Below, piece by piece: positions 58,051 to 62,459 of a stretch of 62,459 nt of DNA (positions within the stretch are counted from its first letter, which is position 1; each line of letters opens with the position of its first letter). Position numbers and translations under genes: made by a program. The stretch lies in contig JAYQQG010000004.1 in assembly GCA_038145765.1 (NCBI GenBank), forward strand, positions 1-62,459, written 5' to 3'. This stretch comes from Verrucomicrobiales bacterium. GTDB taxonomy: Bacteria; Verrucomicrobiota; Verrucomicrobiia; Limisphaerales; UBA1100. The notes under the pieces were generated by a model. It did not search any database. It was given only the letters and a program-made list of their open reading frames with translations, and was not told the origin of the DNA.

Positions 58051-59487
58051 CTATAGAATCTCCTTCACCACCCGCGTGGGATAGGTGTGGGTCAGCCGTT
58101 CCTCGAGACCGTTGCGGTCGACGGTGAGTTTCTCGTGGTCCATGCCGAGCTGGTGCAGGATGGTGGCGTGCCAGTCCTGAATGCTGACGCGGTCCTTCAC
58201 GGCGCCGTAGCCAATGTCATCGGTTTCGCCATGGACAACGCCCCCTTTCACGCCACCACCAGCCATCCAGTTGGTGAAACCGCTGGGGCCGTGATCGCGC
58301 CCGGCCTTGGCGTAGTCGCCTTGCGCCATGGGTAGGCGGCCGAATTCACCACCCCACAGGACGAGCACATCATCGAGCAGACCGCGCTGGCGCAGATCGC
58401 GCAGGAGCGCAGCGCAGGGTTTGTCGCTCTGACGACAGGCGGCGGGCAGTGAAGTTTTAATGTTGCTGTGGTTGTCCCACATTTGGCCGCGCGGATAAAT
58501 CTGCACGAAGCGCACACCGCGCTCCACGAGGCGGCGGGCCATGAGGCAGCGTTTACCGAAATTATCCGTTTCTTTTTCGCCGATGCCGTACAAGGCGCGG
58601 GTGACCTCGGTCTCACTGGAGACATCAAGTGCCTCGCTGGCCTGCACCTGCATGCGGGCGGCCATTTGGTAATTGGCAATGCGCGAATCGAGCACGGGCT
58701 GGTTCGGCCGCTTGGCCTTGTGCATGCGATCGAGCGCGTTGATGAGGTTACGTTTGGCGGCGGTGATGCTGGCGGGCTCCTCATAATCCGGTTTGATGTG
58801 CAGCATCGGCGTGCCTTCACTCTTAATCTGCGTGCCCTGATACAGCGGCGGCAGATAACCGCTCATCCAGTTCTCGACGTTATTGACCGGCAACCGGTTT
58901 TGCGGATCGGCCAACACCACGTAAGCGGGCAGATTTTGGTTTTCACTACCGAGCCCGTACGTCACCCACGCGCCGAGCGTCGGGTGGCCGGGAAAAATTT
59001 CGCCGCTCTGCCACTTGTAACAGGCCGGCTCGTGGTTTTCGTGCACGTTGTACATCGAGCGGATGATCGCGATCTCGTCGATCACCTTGGCGGTATGCGG
59101 CAACAGCTCGCTCACCCACGCGCCGCTTTGGCCATGCCGGGCAAACTTCCAGTGACTGCGCATCACCTTGCCCTTCATGCTGCGACCGGCCGGGGCGACC
59201 TTGGTGAATTCCTCGGGTGCTTCCTGCCCGTGATACTTGTTCAGCGCCGGCTTGGGATCAAACAGATCCACCTGCGATGGCCCGCCCTGCATGCAAAACT
59301 GGATGACCGCCTTGGCCCGCGGCGCAAAGTGCGGCTGGCGCGGGCGCGTGTCCATCGGCAGTGCCGGCTTGTGGTGCGGCTCCTTGCCGTACAAATCGCG
59401 CGTCAGCAATGAGGCCAATGCCGCGCCGTACAGGCCGTTCTGCACGCTGTCAAAAAACTGCCGACGGGTTACAGGATTGGTTTTCAT
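58051..59487 (-). CDS. DUF1501 domain protein (Tat-exported, sulfatase-like)
   Basis: 478 aa. Motifs are a Tat-like TRRQFFDS, QGGPSQVDLFDPKP, GGEFGRLP and GRDHGPSG. Confidence 0.9.
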   Translation of the reverse strand: MKTNPVTRRQFFDSVQNGLYGAALASLLTRDLYGKEPHHKPALPMDTRPRQPHFAPRAKAVIQFCMQGGPSQVDLFDPKPALNKYHGQEAPEEFTKVAPAGRSMKGKVMRSHWKFARHGQSGAWVSELLPHTAKVIDEIAIIRSMYNVHENHEPACYKWQSGEIFPGHPTLGAWVTYGLGSENQNLPAYVVLADPQNRLPVNNVENWMSGYLPPLYQGTQIKSEGTPMLHIKPDYEEPASITAAKRNLINALDRMHKAKRPNQPVLDSRIANYQMAARMQVQASEALDVSSETEVTRALYGIGEKETDNFGKRCLMARRLVERGVRFVQIYPRGQMWDNHSNIKTSLPAACRQSDKPCAALLRDLRQRGLLDDVLVLWGGEFGRLPMAQGDYAKAGRDHGPSGFTNWMAGGGVKGGVVHGETDDIGYGAVKDRVSIQDWHATILHQLGMDHEKLTVDRNGLEERLTHTYPTRVVKEIL

Positions 59488-59514
59488 TTTTGGTTAACAG
59501 GGATAGGGACGATG

Positions 59515-59540
59515 TTCAGGATATAAAATTGAATCCTGAA
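59515..59540 (-). other. Intercistronic stem-loop between the DUF1553 and DUF1501 genes
   Basis: TTCAGGAT (59515-59522) and ATCCTGAA (59533-59540) form a perfect 8-bp inverted repeat with a 10-nt AT-rich loop, inside an 85-nt AT-rich spacer. No U-run follows on the coding (minus) strand. Confidence 0.35.
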
Positions 59541-59572
59541 TATCATGAGCATCCTTGTTCATTTCGATCATG

Positions 59573-61933
<2,361 letters not shown>

Positions 61934-61985
61934 CGCCCGAATATGTGCCTTTAGAGGCCAAAAATCGCAAGGGTATTCGATGGAG

Positions 61986-62459
61986 TTACTCGATCACGAT
62001 GACGTCCGAACGGTCGAGTTCAAAGGGCCCGGGATTAAAAGGCTTGCCGGAAAACTGTTTTTTAAAAGTGGAATAAATCGGTTTAAACCCGTGCAAATCC
62101 ATTTGACCATAAACAGCGATGAGCACCTCTTCGGCATGAGGGTGGCCGGCTTCATAGGCCCTCTTCAGATAACGCTCAGCTGATATCAAAGATTCTCTGG
62201 TGAGTTCGACAAACTGTTTACGACGATAGGACCCATACCAGTTTTTGCCCTGAGATAAGCCCAAAGATCGTGCATGCTCTGACATTTCTTGGGCATGCAA
62301 TAATTCCATACATCCGTGATTAAACATTGAAGGCACATGCTCGCTCGCACCACGTCCAAAAGAAGACCTCACCTCATGGCCCGCATTTTCATCCAGTTTC
62401 AACATCATAAATGCATAATTATAGGCTGCGATGGCATGGCCCTTGTGCATGTAATGAAC
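61986..62459 (-). CDS. Hypothetical protein, N-terminus probably beyond the window edge
   Basis: The 154-aa ORF remains open upstream of Met 62450 to the window end. It is AT-richer than its neighbours and has no confident family. There is a weak Sel1/TPR-like flavour (AIAAYNYAFMML, AERYLKRAYEAGHPHA). Confidence 0.45.
   Translation of the reverse strand, partial: VHYMHKGHAIAAYNYAFMMLKLDENAGHEVRSSFGRGASEHVPSMFNHGCMELLHAQEMSEHARSLGLSQGKNWYGSYRRKQFVELTRESLISAERYLKRAYEAGHPHAEEVLIAVYGQMDLHGFKPIYSTFKKQFSGKPFNPGPFELDRSDVIVIE

Overview
This is a 62.5-kb chromosomal segment with no rRNA, tRNA, CRISPR, transposase, integrase or phage genes that I could recognise. Gene content points to a PVC-superphylum bacterium (Verrucomicrobiota or Planctomycetota). 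It carries five DUF1501 sulfatase-like genes with Tat signals, three DUF1549/DUF1553 (PSCyt/PSD1) genes and two Cys-type sulfatases. It also carries four H-X9-DG/DUF1559 pseudopilin-type modules, two DUF1080 genes, beta-propeller dehydrogenase-like genes and a tripartite RND efflux operon. Genes are tightly packed and many junctions are stop/start overlaps (ATGA or TAATG). Two convergent gene pairs overlap at their stop codons. Long antisense ORFs in the GC-rich genes are treated as artefacts.

The most unusual content:
1. A tandem array of four translationally coupled ~2.6-kb paralogs (37.6-48.2 kb). Each encodes an ~880-aa lipoprotein with MORN-variant repeats, a conserved unassigned module, an FG-GAP/VCBS propeller and an UnbV/ASPIC domain. 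The array sits in a visibly more AT-rich block bracketed by pseudopilin genes.
2. Two paralogous proteins (5.4-9.8 kb) in which a pseudopilin-type hydrophobic helix plus H-X9-DG domain is internal and C-terminal rather than N-terminal.
3. A palindromic TTGGTCATT-core repeat element found twice next to DUF1501 genes. One copy supplies the start codon and hydrophobic N-terminus of a DUF1553 gene.
4. A split operon of DUF1080, an azurin-like cupredoxin and a propeller-CBM protein.
5. An FHA-Ser/Thr kinase with a ~730-aa unassigned ectodomain.
6. An RND adaptor whose alpha-hairpin appears extended by matched 28-residue triplications.

All family assignments come from motifs read by eye, not from database searches.
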